Source of the DNA: Candidatus Cloacimonadota bacterium
GTDB lineage: Bacteria; Cloacimonadota; Cloacimonadia; JGIOTU-2
Reading direction: 5' to 3'
DNA: 64,000 nucleotides
Assembly (NCBI GenBank): GCA_049903315.1
Contig: JBNGBT010000009.1
Coordinates: 1 to 64,000, forward strand
Every line of letters begins with the position of its first letter. Within the stretch, counting starts at the first letter, position 1. This document shows, piece by piece, positions 40,001-48,747 of this stretch. The notes beneath the pieces are model-generated. The model had not been told where the DNA came from. It saw only the letters and a program-made list of their open reading frames with translations, and did not search any database. A program made the position numbers and the translations under genes.

Positions 40001-40184
40001 GCAAGAAATTATTCCCGAGTTAATTGGTATACTTAATAAAAGTGGAACAAAAACTACAGCTGAAGCATATCTAAACTGTGGTAATAATGAACTTGTTATT
40101 GCTGCTAAATCTTGGGCAAGTAAAAATGGTTACTATATTCAAAATATCGGTGGCAGTTCACCTGTCAGGTGGGGTGGAATGTAG
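37014..40184 (+). CDS. HEAT-repeat (PBS-lyase-like) lipoprotein, 1056 aa
   Basis: Lipobox LFCSC; many AAEALGKIGDPKAVEPLI repeats; AT-rich. Confidence 0.9.
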   Translation: MNRLIIKTSDYFKIITLLLVSFLLLFCSCATNKGQNVDFWIERLDHQNYNERYKAAKKLRKLSDKKAVLPLINALIEYNDNWKFRQVIIETLVNIGDEAVEPLITVLNNDDEDVRYSAVIALGKIENTQAIEPLVTLLLDENVYVRKYTVEALENLSWEPKSDYDKVVNLFAKDNKQDWIILSTNLLKQLVDALKYDSCRIRVSAVWVLGEIGNPNTIGPLIEALKCKDEKEREVVANALVKFGHEAVLPLIIALKSDDYNTPIWATWILGEIGDPRAVVPLIESIIDNKTKYHYEEKVEDALVKIDYLSIYPLISSLRSNDNDVRITISNVLGRVRDSNAIDPLICTLQDMERNVRESAARALDNLNWQPQSNYQKTIYLIAKGNWQECVEIGEDAVEPLIYALKYDKDNYRIRLYAVWALEDIGDQRAIEPLTAVLKDNDPKVRESAAKALDKLKWKPQSNKQKTIYLIAKGKWQECVKIGTDAVEPLISSFKYIHNSNLTITLSGMGSFAIEPLIAALEDSNDYIRAGAAESLGKIGDPKAVDPLIKLLQDEIRFVRNYAAEALDKLNWEPQTDYQKSIYFIATERWTDCKNIGIGSVETLIKTLNNNNSYIRERVAEILGEIGDLRAVEPLIIAMEKMDYLYNTSPEYAEALGKIGDPKATEPLIKVLKENDTSLNNIDIKVAAAIALGNIGDLKAMEPLIEVLKDKYPDLRAAAAEALGKIGNPKVIDKLIALLYDDNFNVISKTIESLQYLRWTPQDNYQKILCHIVMQEWQECANFGADAVDPLIKAIRNCSQYDYYKRKKMIYSLSQIGQLSVSPLICALTDSNEYLRQSAAEALGLIGDSLAVEPLIATLDDKIGDVRGSAVESLGLIGDTRANDPLLKILKDDDEWFVRSKAGIALGKMGNRNIIPRLEYLLKSWYSGIYALNALRMLKWDQQTLSDTIHVLVAERDKVKLLQMWDKAKMILLNDIISNNYLTVENALYGFIGIGKQEIIPELIGILNKSGTKTTAEAYLNCGNNELVIAAKSWASKNGYYIQNIGGSSPVRWGGM

Positions 40185-40329
40185 CTTTATCATATGTGCA
40201 ATTGAGATATTGGTTCAATAAATCTGCTCTGTTTGAAAATTAATTCGTGTAACAAACAATTCCACTGCCAAGCAAGTAGAAATGCAAAAATAGCGTGGCA
40301 GCTGCCATTCATTATCCCATTTCTTTTAT

Positions 40330-40391
40330 CCCCCCCCCCCTCTGCGTTCTCTGCGCTTCCGCGCTCCTTGCGCGCCTTTGCGTTCTTTGCG
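40330..40391. repeat. C11 run plus six degenerate 8-10 nt tandem units ending TGCG/CGCG
   Basis: ctctgcg ttctctgcg cttccgcg ctccttgcg cgcctttgcg ttctttgcg. Confidence 0.7.
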
Positions 40392-40396
40392 AGAAG

Positions 40397-41509
40397 CTAT
40401 TTATCCAAAGCTTGCAGTGCAAAGGCATACGCGCCGAGGGCTGTCGCTGTGCTCGTGCCGAGTTGTGAAATTCCTACACCTATTTTTTTCTGTATGTTGT
40501 AGTATACTTTTTTATTACTGAAGGGAACGTGTATAAGTGTATAGCGCTCTTGCAGAAATTCATCAAATTCTTTTTCATCCATCAAATTGTAGACCTTCAT
40601 TTCAAGCCGTTCGATCTTTTCGTTATTAAAAGATTTAAATGCGGTATTTATTTCCCTGACGAGTGCAGGCATGAAGAGCTTCCATGCACCGGAAAGCCCG
40701 CCGCCGACAACCACGAGTCCATCGATAAGGGTTGCTGCCTGTGCAAAGGCATTTCCTGCAGCTCTTCCAAGTTCTTCATATGCTATTTGCGCTGCGATTT
40801 TATTCCCCTCTTTCAAGCCCATGCCGATCTCATAGATCTCCTGTGCGGAAGGAACTTCTTCGGTAGTAATAGTAATACCTGTTTCCCGGGCATACACCCT
40901 TCGTACTCCTTTGCTGCTGACACTTTCCTCAACAGAATAATCCGGATAGAGATGATTCCACATGCGGTTTATCTCTGCCTGTGCAGAATTATCTCCGGTA
41001 AAGATTTTTCCATCAATGACAATTCCACCGCCAAAACCGGAACCGAATGTTCCGCCAATGAGGTTACGATATCTTTTTGAACTTCCCCTTTTTTCAAGCA
41101 GAGAATTCACATAAGGAAGTAATCCCGCGATCGCTTCTCCATACGTAAAAAGATCTGCATCATTATTTATAAAAACAGGCAATCCAAATTTCTCTTCCAA
41201 CATTGCTTTGAGCGCAACACCACCCCTGTATGCAGGCAGATTTATCAAATCACCGATAATACCGTTCTTGTAATCTGTCGGTCCGGGAAATCCGAAACTT
41301 ATCGCAACGGGTTGTTCATTGAGTTGCGCTTGAACCGCAGAAAAACCTGAAATAATATTCTTCAGGCTTTGTTCGAGATCATTTCCGCAGGCATTAAGAC
41401 GAACTGGAGATACGATTTCACTTTTACCCTGCACTGCAGAAAAACGAAGGTTTGTTCCCCCTGCATCGAGGGTCATAACAATTCTTTTATTCGATTGATA
41501 GCTATCCAT
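40397..41509 (-). CDS. ROK family sugar kinase
   Basis: LDAGGTN, GFPGP, INNDA, TFGSGFGGGIV, VGGGLS; start at ATG 41509. Confidence 0.88.
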   Translation of the reverse strand: MDSYQSNKRIVMTLDAGGTNLRFSAVQGKSEIVSPVRLNACGNDLEQSLKNIISGFSAVQAQLNEQPVAISFGFPGPTDYKNGIIGDLINLPAYRGGVALKAMLEEKFGLPVFINNDADLFTYGEAIAGLLPYVNSLLEKRGSSKRYRNLIGGTFGSGFGGGIVIDGKIFTGDNSAQAEINRMWNHLYPDYSVEESVSSKGVRRVYARETGITITTEEVPSAQEIYEIGMGLKEGNKIAAQIAYEELGRAAGNAFAQAATLIDGLVVVGGGLSGAWKLFMPALVREINTAFKSFNNEKIERLEMKVYNLMDEKEFDEFLQERYTLIHVPFSNKKVYYNIQKKIGVGISQLGTSTATALGAYAFALQALDK

Positions 41510-41981
41510 AATAGTTACAAAACTCCGATACTTTCTCTGCAATCATTTTTAGAAATACCTCATCTTCACCAGAAAAAGCTGCGATAGTATGAGAATCGAT
41601 GTCGATCTCGCCGATGAATTTTCCTTTTTTGAAAATAGGCACCACAATTTCAGACTTCACATCGATGCTACAGGAAAGATAATTCTCTTCTTGTGCTATA
41701 TCCTGTACAATACGAGCGCGTTCATCTTCTGCAACCTGTCCGCACACGCCCTGCCCGAAAGAGATACGCGTATGCTCTGTAGGTGCGCCTTCGAAGGGAC
41801 CGAGAATGAGTTCATTGGGATTTTGCCTATCAACAAAATAAAATCCAACCCAATCATAATGCGCGGTGTCCTCTTTGAGCAGCTTACATATATTCTGCAG
41901 CTTGTTGAGCATACTTGCCTTTTTATGAAGGATATCATCAACCCGCTGCTCGAGTTCTGCAATGAGATTCTTATTTTTCAT
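41502..41981 (-). CDS. GAF-domain protein (free methionine-R-sulfoxide reductase-like)
   Basis: YDWVGFY, LGPFEG, GQGVCG, YLSC...KSEIVVP, EIDIDS. Confidence 0.85.
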   Translation of the reverse strand: MKNKNLIAELEQRVDDILHKKASMLNKLQNICKLLKEDTAHYDWVGFYFVDRQNPNELILGPFEGAPTEHTRISFGQGVCGQVAEDERARIVQDIAQEENYLSCSIDVKSEIVVPIFKKGKFIGEIDIDSHTIAAFSGEDEVFLKMIAEKVSEFCNYYG

Positions 41982-42327
41982 GGTCATTTCTGTTTTTGAG
42001 TTCAAGCCAGGTTTTGATCGCTTTTCTCAAATGAGGAATTGTGATCGTCCCGCCAACAATGAGCCCGACAGAAAGTGCTTCGTCCAGCTCCTCGTCAGTA
42101 ACGCCCTGTTTTTTGCACTCAATGAGATGATAGGATATACAGTCATCACACCGAAGCACAAAGGATGAAACCAGCCCGAGAAGTTCCTTTGTTTTCTTTG
42201 GGAGTGCGCCGTCCTGATAGGTGTTAAAGTCAAGGTTAAAATAGCGTTTAACGATCTTTCCGCTGAAGTCGAGCACGTCCTTGTTGGATTCATCACGCTC
42301 TTTTATAAAATCTTCAATATTCTTCAT
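41971..42327 (-). CDS. Carboxymuconolactone decarboxylase/AhpD-like protein
   Basis: GALPKKTKELLGL...RCDDCISYH. Confidence 0.88.
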   Translation of the reverse strand: MKNIEDFIKERDESNKDVLDFSGKIVKRYFNLDFNTYQDGALPKKTKELLGLVSSFVLRCDDCISYHLIECKKQGVTDEELDEALSVGLIVGGTITIPHLRKAIKTWLELKNRNDHEK

Positions 42328-42336
42328 GAACGAACT

Positions 42337-42681
42337 TTAAAGTGCATCCCTTATTGCATCCAATTCTTTTTTGGCTTCAGGCACCATTTCGTGAAATTTT
42401 GCTATTTTTTCACATCCGTAGTCATCACAATATGCACAGTTGAGTAATTCTTTGTCCAAGACGCATTTTCGTATCTCGCATTCGGCGCAGTGCCCAATAT
42501 GCCTGCCCTCTTCCTCGAGGCATCCCACACAATACACATCATCTGGATTGATTGTCGCTCCATACATTTTTGACCACTCTTGCGCTGTCTTTATTCTCAG
42601 CTCTTCATCATCATTCAGGGTCGCGATGAATGCCGGACATGCCGTGCAGACTATTCCACATGCAGCTATTATTTTTTCCAT
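42337..42681 (-). CDS. DUF3795 Cys-rich protein
   Basis: CGIVCTACP, CVGC, CAECEIRKC, CAYCDDYGC. Confidence 0.85.
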   Translation of the reverse strand: MEKIIAACGIVCTACPAFIATLNDDEELRIKTAQEWSKMYGATINPDDVYCVGCLEEEGRHIGHCAECEIRKCVLDKELLNCAYCDDYGCEKIAKFHEMVPEAKKELDAIRDAL

Positions 42682-42720
42682 GATTTCTCCTTGCGAATTT
42701 TTGGAATTTTCTAAATTAAT

Positions 42721-43869
42721 TTATTTACCGTCCAGAATTTTGCATTCCGTCAGGAAGGGGGAGTTAAAATCCGTGAACTCACCTGCTTTTTTGCCGGGAA
42801 CAGGGAACAACCTTGCTGAAAGGGGTTTATCCAGCTTCAAGCTTAAGCTCGCCACATCAAAAAGAATATTCTCCAGTTCCTGAGCGATTATATCTCCCGG
42901 AAGCGGGATACAATCCAGGCCGGTTCCGCAGACTGCAGAATATGCCAGTAATTTTTGGACATCCAACAGCCTGTCTCCACAACGTGCTGCAAGCCCTGCA
43001 TCTTCCAGAACAGGAAGCATGAGCCCATTATAACCCCATTTTCTGATTGGGAGTGATTTCAGAACGCCTGTGATCATCGCCGCAATTGCGAGTGTGCCCG
43101 GTTCGCCAAATTTATTAAATCCGAGTTTTTCAAATCCGAACGCAATGCTTTCTTCTTTTTCCAGCGAAGGTGCAATTGAAACATCGATTCCTTTGAAGGA
43201 TACGCCTGTATCATCCTCGATCATCATGCCGATATCTTCGAGTGGGCGCAGTTCCTGTATGAAAATCTTTTTCAGGTTTTCACGCGCAGTACCAAAGGAA
43301 GCCTGGTCAGTAAAAGCCCTGTTAATGAGATCGCTGCATTCCAGACCGAGAGTAAAGCAATTCTTCCCAACATGGTAGCTTGCAGGATAGAATGGAATGT
43401 CCGGCGGACAGTTCGCGATCGCAGCAAAGCGGAAATTTCCATACCCTTTTTCCGTTATTTCAGAAATATTTTTGATCGTTTGTGCTGCTTTCTTCAAAGC
43501 TTCAGCGCTGAATCCCGAAATATCATCAACAATAGTTATTGTTGTGGAGATTCTTTCTGTATATAGAATGATCTCGGGTATCACATCCATGTATTCCGGC
43601 TCTTTCACAGTCCCAATACTGGTGAATTCCACACCTTCCTGTTTACAAAGTGTCTCGAAATTCTGCAGCGTTCGGATGAGCTCGCTTTTATCCAGATGTC
43701 CGAGAAATTCCGGCCACGAATGTGTGGTTATGCGCGGCTCCTGCACCTCGAATCCTTGATCTTCATATATTTTTCTGGCATTATTGTTGAATGCCGCTGC
43801 ATCTTTGATCACATGTTCGTCCAGGGGATATCCTGGCGATATGCCGTGAGTTATAGTTCGTATTTTCAT
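42721..43869 (-). CDS. DUF711 family protein
   Basis: MKIRTIT, P.IPFYP..YH, GIDVSIAP, GYNGLMLPVLED, SAVCGTGLDCIPLPG. Confidence 0.85.
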   Translation of the reverse strand: MKIRTITHGISPGYPLDEHVIKDAAAFNNNARKIYEDQGFEVQEPRITTHSWPEFLGHLDKSELIRTLQNFETLCKQEGVEFTSIGTVKEPEYMDVIPEIILYTERISTTITIVDDISGFSAEALKKAAQTIKNISEITEKGYGNFRFAAIANCPPDIPFYPASYHVGKNCFTLGLECSDLINRAFTDQASFGTARENLKKIFIQELRPLEDIGMMIEDDTGVSFKGIDVSIAPSLEKEESIAFGFEKLGFNKFGEPGTLAIAAMITGVLKSLPIRKWGYNGLMLPVLEDAGLAARCGDRLLDVQKLLAYSAVCGTGLDCIPLPGDIIAQELENILFDVASLSLKLDKPLSARLFPVPGKKAGEFTDFNSPFLTECKILDGK

Positions 43870-43871
43870 GC

Positions 43872-45380
43872 CTATTCTTCCTCTAATTCCTGCCGCAAAT
43901 GCAACAGGGCATCTTCAGCTGAAATGTGTTTTTTTATTAAATCCATTATTGTATTTTTTGAATACTCGTGGTCATCTCGAAGCTGGTTTGCGGCATTGAT
44001 AATTTTGCCGAAAATTTTATCAGGTGTAAATCCAATCGAAATCAGGTCTCTTCCTTCTATGATATTTTCTGGTTTATCGCGGTCAACATTGAGTGCCTGC
44101 GATCGTTCGATGAGCCATGCCCCTGATTTGAAATCTTCATCCCGATCATGAAGGCGAGTGCCTTTGCCCATATAATCTGCCTCAGCAACGAGAGTAAGCT
44201 CGTAAATTGTGGCTGGATAGAGCCGTCGTGCAAGCCGTCGTATAGCGCCGTCAGTGATCTTTTCACCTTTGCGGAACTCCGCTTTATATAAAGAAAAGGG
44301 CGCAAGGTGATTTTTTACAAGGGGTATCACCTTTTCTTTGGTTTCGTTATCCGCGCCAATTTGATTAAGAAAAGCCCGGGTCGGTTCTTCGCCAGCAGAT
44401 TCGTGCTCCGGCGTAGAAATTCGCCCCTCACCTTTTATGGTCGTTTCCGGTTTGCCAAAATCGTGGCACAGGATACCAAGCATGATCACGAATGCTTCTC
44501 GAACCCGGAGAGGTTCTCTGTGTATGATCTGTGCACCTGCATTGATGCATTGTAGCGTATGTATCCACACATTTCCTTCCGGATGCCAGAGTGGATCCTG
44601 CTCTGTTTCTGTTAGCTTAAAAAGCGCGGGATAATACCTTTCTATGATACCAAGGTCCAACATGGTTTTTAATCCAAGAGAGGGCTTCCTTGCTTTGAGC
44701 AGCAGTTTTTTCCACTCCTCCTGGATGCGCTCCTTGGGTAATTCTTCGAGTGATGGCACTGCCTTTTGCATGAGAATAAAGCTCTTCATTTCGACTGCGA
44801 GATCAAAGCGTGCGACAAATTGAACTCCCCTCATCACGCGCAGAGGATCTTCGGTAAAAGTATCTTTATCAACCACTCTCAGTACTCTCTTTTCAAGATC
44901 TGCAAGCCCGTGGAACGGGTCGATGAGTACTTCTGTAACAGGATCATACATCATTGCATTAATAGTGAAGTCCCTTCTGCGTATCGCTTCTTTGATATCC
45001 ATAAAAGGGTCGGTATCAACTGCAAATCCCCTGTGCCCTTCACCAACCTTTGAATCCTTTCTGGGAAGGGAGAAATCTATTTCCAATGTGCCGTCATAAT
45101 ATTTCAGCACCCCAAACGATTTGCCCACCTCCATGACCTTGCCGTACTTTTCTACAATTTCCTGAATCGTATCAGGTTGCATGCCGTACACTTCTATATC
45201 AAGGTCCTTTGTGGGCTTTTTCCCCAGAAGCATGTCGCGCACACTGCCGCCGACCAGAAATGCCTTGCCACCCTGTCCGTCTATTTCTCTGACAATATCA
45301 ATAACGGTCTGCGGAATAGTAGAAAGTGCCGGTGTGAAAAAGCGTGGTATTTTCTTGATATAGGAATTCGGTATCTTCAT
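43872..45380 (-). CDS. cca: CCA tRNA nucleotidyltransferase with HD domain
   Basis: VGGSVRD, DLDIEV, RRDFTINAM, EDPLRVMR, HPEG...H, HDFGK. Confidence 0.88.
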   Translation of the reverse strand: MKIPNSYIKKIPRFFTPALSTIPQTVIDIVREIDGQGGKAFLVGGSVRDMLLGKKPTKDLDIEVYGMQPDTIQEIVEKYGKVMEVGKSFGVLKYYDGTLEIDFSLPRKDSKVGEGHRGFAVDTDPFMDIKEAIRRRDFTINAMMYDPVTEVLIDPFHGLADLEKRVLRVVDKDTFTEDPLRVMRGVQFVARFDLAVEMKSFILMQKAVPSLEELPKERIQEEWKKLLLKARKPSLGLKTMLDLGIIERYYPALFKLTETEQDPLWHPEGNVWIHTLQCINAGAQIIHREPLRVREAFVIMLGILCHDFGKPETTIKGEGRISTPEHESAGEEPTRAFLNQIGADNETKEKVIPLVKNHLAPFSLYKAEFRKGEKITDGAIRRLARRLYPATIYELTLVAEADYMGKGTRLHDRDEDFKSGAWLIERSQALNVDRDKPENIIEGRDLISIGFTPDKIFGKIINAANQLRDDHEYSKNTIMDLIKKHISAEDALLHLRQELEEE

Positions 45381-46225
45381 GGATTCAACTCTATTCTTTC
45401 TTTATTGATTTGTAAAGCCAATTTGTACACCCGGTTTCTCGAGAGTTTATGCTCCTGAGCCAACTCCCTGGCAGTCCTGCTTACAGACTTATTATGATGA
45501 AATTCCTCTGTGATAAGTTCTCGAAGTTCTTCATCAGACAGAATTTGCTCCTGCGCGCCCTCCAGGATAATTACAAACTCGCCTTTCAAAGTGATCTCGT
45601 TAAAATTCTCAACAAAATGTGAGAGCTTTCCGCGATAATGTGTTTCAAATTTTTTTGATATTTCTCTGGTAATGCAGATATGCCTGTCTTTCAGGTATTT
45701 GAGTAATTCTTTCAGTGTTTCATGAAGACGATGCGGCGCTTCGTAAAAAATTAACGTGTCCTGAATATTTTCAAGATTTTGCAAAAACTCTCTGCGCTCT
45801 GATTGTTTCTCCGGCAGAAATCCAACAAAATAGAACTTCTCGGTTGACAAACCGGAAGAAACCAGTGCGGGGATCAGTGCAGTTGCGCCGGGTAGAGTAA
45901 CGATCTCTAGTTCTCTTGTAATCGCTTCCTGAATGAGGATGCCAGCCGGATCCGATATGCTCGGAGTTCCTGCATCCGAAATGATCGCAATGTCTTTTCC
46001 CTTTTGCAGTTTTTCTATAAACTCATCGAGACGCCCTCTCTCATTGAACTTATGATAGCTCACCATAGGTGTAGAAATATTATAATGATCGAGCAAAATC
46101 CTCGATGTGCGTGTGTCCTCAGCGCCGATAAGGGCTACTTTCTGTAGGATTTCAACTGCCCGATAAGTAATATCACCGAGATTGCCAATGGGTGTAGGCA
46201 CAATATAGAGCGTTCCGTTTTTCAT
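45377..46225 (-). CDS. rsmI: 16S rRNA C1402 2'-O-methyltransferase
   Basis: LYIVPTPIGNLGD, AEDTR, SDAGTPSISDP, YEAPHRL, REISKKFE. Confidence 0.96.
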   Translation of the reverse strand: MKNGTLYIVPTPIGNLGDITYRAVEILQKVALIGAEDTRTSRILLDHYNISTPMVSYHKFNERGRLDEFIEKLQKGKDIAIISDAGTPSISDPAGILIQEAITRELEIVTLPGATALIPALVSSGLSTEKFYFVGFLPEKQSERREFLQNLENIQDTLIFYEAPHRLHETLKELLKYLKDRHICITREISKKFETHYRGKLSHFVENFNEITLKGEFVIILEGAQEQILSDEELRELITEEFHHNKSVSRTARELAQEHKLSRNRVYKLALQINKERIELNP

Positions 46226-46330
46226 GATAGAGAAGTGTTTCAAATCACAAAATTTCTGGCAATATTTTTGTTAATATATAAGACTGAAGCCAGAATTTGT
46301 TATTATATTTTTTAACCATATTAAAAAAAC

Positions 46331-46359
46331 TTGACCTGGCGTACGCCATTGCGTACTTT
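46331..46359 (+). promoter_or_regulatory. Sigma70-type promoter with palindromic TA operator
   Basis: ttgacc-17 nt-tacttt; perfect palindrome tggcgtacgcca (46337-48) and a second gcgtac overlapping the -10. Confidence 0.7.
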
Positions 46360-46384
46360 TGTAAAAAATATTTCGGGGTGCTCT

Positions 46385-46627
46385 ATGCCAACATTATCAG
46401 CAACAGATGCGCGCGCAAAACTGTATCGCCTTATTGATCAAACCCATTCCTCTCACGAGCCGATCGTGATCACGGGAAAACGGGGCAATGCGGTTCTCAT
46501 CTCCGAGGATGACTGGCGTGCTGTTCAGGAAACCCTGTACCTTCTAAACATACCTGGCATGAAAGAGTCTATCAAAAAAGGGTTAGCCACACCGATAGAT
46601 GAGTGCGATGAGGAAATCGATTGGTGA
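46385..46627 (+). CDS. yefM: Phd/YefM family antitoxin
   Basis: SATDARAKLYRLID...PIVITGKRGNAVLISEDDW...ETLYLL. Confidence 0.9.
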   Translation: MPTLSATDARAKLYRLIDQTHSSHEPIVITGKRGNAVLISEDDWRAVQETLYLLNIPGMKESIKKGLATPIDECDEEIDW

Positions 46628-46887
46628 ACTGGCGAATCGTTTTTACAAAACAAGCACAAAAGGATGCAAAAAAGATCACTCTTTCGGGTTTGAAAAGTAA
46701 GGTTGAGACTCATCTCGATTTACTCCGTAAGGATCCGTATTGTAAACAGCCACCCTTTGAGAAACTTGTTGGTGATTTGGAAGGTGCATATTCTCGTCGT
46801 ATAAACATCCAACACCGGCTTGTGTATCAAATCATAGATGAAAAGAAAACTGTAAAAATTATCCGCATGTGGACACACTACGAGTAG
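46624..46887 (+). CDS. yoeB: Txe/YoeB family toxin
   Basis: PFEKLVGDLEGAYSRRINIQHRLVY...MWTHYE; GTGA overlap with antitoxin stop. Confidence 0.92.
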   Translation: MNWRIVFTKQAQKDAKKITLSGLKSKVETHLDLLRKDPYCKQPPFEKLVGDLEGAYSRRINIQHRLVYQIIDEKKTVKIIRMWTHYE

Positions 46888-46977
46888 GTATTTGATTATT
46901 CGAGATAATCCCAATCTGCAATTTAGCATATTAATTTATGACACTTTATTATTGGAATCTTTTATAAAGGTACGCAC

Positions 46978-47418
46978 ATGAGACTCTGGTCAATACATCC
47001 CCATTATCTCGATGCAAAAGGTTTAGTCGCACTCTGGAGAGAAGGACTGCTTGCGCAGAAAGTTCTTCTCGGTGCGACAAAGGGCTATAAGAATCATCCT
47101 CAGCTCAAGCGGTTTGAAATGTCAGACAATCCTGTCGGTTCAATTGCCAGTTACCTGCAATGCGTGGCAGATGAAGCTGATAAGAGACATTATCGCTTTA
47201 ATAGGAACAAGATCGATAGCACGCGCTCTGAAAATAAAATTCCCGTCACTGATGGACAGATTAAATACGAATTTACTCATCTTCTTAATAAACTTACCGT
47301 TCGTGATCATGATAAATATACAAGGACCAAATCTATCAAAAAGATCGACCTACATCCCCTCTTTGAAATCATCCCTGGCGATATTGAAGAATGGGAAAGA
47401 GAAAAAAATATAAAATAA
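46978..47418 (+). CDS. Pyrimidine dimer DNA glycosylase / T4 endonuclease V-like protein
   Basis: MRLWSIHPHYLDAKGLVALWREGLLAQ...GYKNHPQL.RF. Confidence 0.8.
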   Translation: MRLWSIHPHYLDAKGLVALWREGLLAQKVLLGATKGYKNHPQLKRFEMSDNPVGSIASYLQCVADEADKRHYRFNRNKIDSTRSENKIPVTDGQIKYEFTHLLNKLTVRDHDKYTRTKSIKKIDLHPLFEIIPGDIEEWEREKNIK

Positions 47419-47430
47419 AGTGAGAATACA

Positions 47431-48747
47431 ATGATAAAAAAAATCTTCCCTTTCGTGGTGCTTTTTATGACAATCCTATTCTGTGGTTGCTCAGAGAAAG
47501 AGCAGACAACCCATATTGACATAACTGATTATAACATTACGATTGATTTCCCGTCCCCCGGCGAAATGGTTGTTTCTGCTACTATGTCATGCTTAAATCA
47601 AGAAAACTCGCAGCAATTTGAATTTCTGTTGAATCCTATGGTTTCAATCCATTCCGTCAGCATCAAAAATAATGATGCATGGTTAGAGGTCGCTTATGAG
47701 CGGGAAGATGACAAGGTTGGGCTTTCTATACCGGACAGCTTAGTGTCAATAGATCAAATTCTTCGTTTTGATTACCTGTTCCCATTGGAGCAGCAGTTGG
47801 GAAATTTCTTCTACATCGATCGCGGCTTTAGATGGTATCCCATGATTATCGACGAAGTGGCAAATGTCAGGATTTCTGCAACAGTGTTTCCAAGATACAG
47901 CATGTTCTCCTGCGGTGATCTCGTTGGGGTTACAGAAGCTGGCACTCATTTGACCTATATCTGGGAGACGCAGATTCCTGTGTTCAAGATTCCGGTCGTA
48001 TTAATCGCAACGGACATGTATACTAAGATTTCTGCTCCGTGTAATGATAACGAAATCATCTTCTATGTGCTGGACGAGAATCCTGAAACAGATCCTTTGC
48101 TTCTTGGAGAAGCGTGTGCCATGTTCGGCTACTGCGAATCACTCATCGGCACGTATCCTCATGAAAAATTAACTTTTATCGAATCCACCGCTTTTGAGGA
48201 CATGAGTTTTATTGCGTCCGGTCTTGTTCTTGTCAGCTCGGATTTCATGGAACAGTTCCGTCATGGATACACGCAGGGACTTCATCTGCCGATTGCCATG
48301 CAGTGGTTTGGTTCCGGAGTATTTGCAACATTTCAGGATGAGGGATTCTGGTTCTTCTCTCTATCTCTTCCTCACTATCTGCGACTTATGGCAGTACAAA
48401 GATTCGAGGGGAATGAGTCCTTTTCACGCGGTTTGATAGGACCCTATGATCTGTATCAAATTTATGCGGATGCTGAAGACGATATGCCTGTGGTAGATGT
48501 GGATATGCTGGACTCCCAAGCAAAAGGATATGCTATAACTGGTAAAGGTCCCCTTATTTTTGATCGACTTAGAAGAGAAATTGGTGAAGAACAATGGGTA
48601 AACTTTCTTCGAAGTTTATATGTGGACCACCTCGGGAAGACAATGACGTATGAAGAATTCACCGAAGAGCTATCCGAATATGCTGAGCCAAAACTGGTGA
48701 AAAAGTTCAATAATATGACGCATTCAAAGGGCGTGATTTCCCAGTAG
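47431..48747 (+). CDS. M1 aminopeptidase-fold lipoprotein lacking catalytic residues
   Basis: Lipobox FCGC; WYP, G.YP..KL, QWFG, KGPLIF..LR..IG retained; HEXXH absent. Confidence 0.7.
   Translation: MIKKIFPFVVLFMTILFCGCSEKEQTTHIDITDYNITIDFPSPGEMVVSATMSCLNQENSQQFEFLLNPMVSIHSVSIKNNDAWLEVAYEREDDKVGLSIPDSLVSIDQILRFDYLFPLEQQLGNFFYIDRGFRWYPMIIDEVANVRISATVFPRYSMFSCGDLVGVTEAGTHLTYIWETQIPVFKIPVVLIATDMYTKISAPCNDNEIIFYVLDENPETDPLLLGEACAMFGYCESLIGTYPHEKLTFIESTAFEDMSFIASGLVLVSSDFMEQFRHGYTQGLHLPIAMQWFGSGVFATFQDEGFWFFSLSLPHYLRLMAVQRFEGNESFSRGLIGPYDLYQIYADAEDDMPVVDVDMLDSQAKGYAITGKGPLIFDRLRREIGEEQWVNFLRSLYVDHLGKTMTYEEFTEELSEYAEPKLVKKFNNMTHSKGVISQ

Noticed and set aside
40233..40502. 89-aa ORF spanning the C-tract and tandem repeats
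   Set aside because: Low-complexity translation of the repeat, TTG start, overlaps the ROK gene antisense
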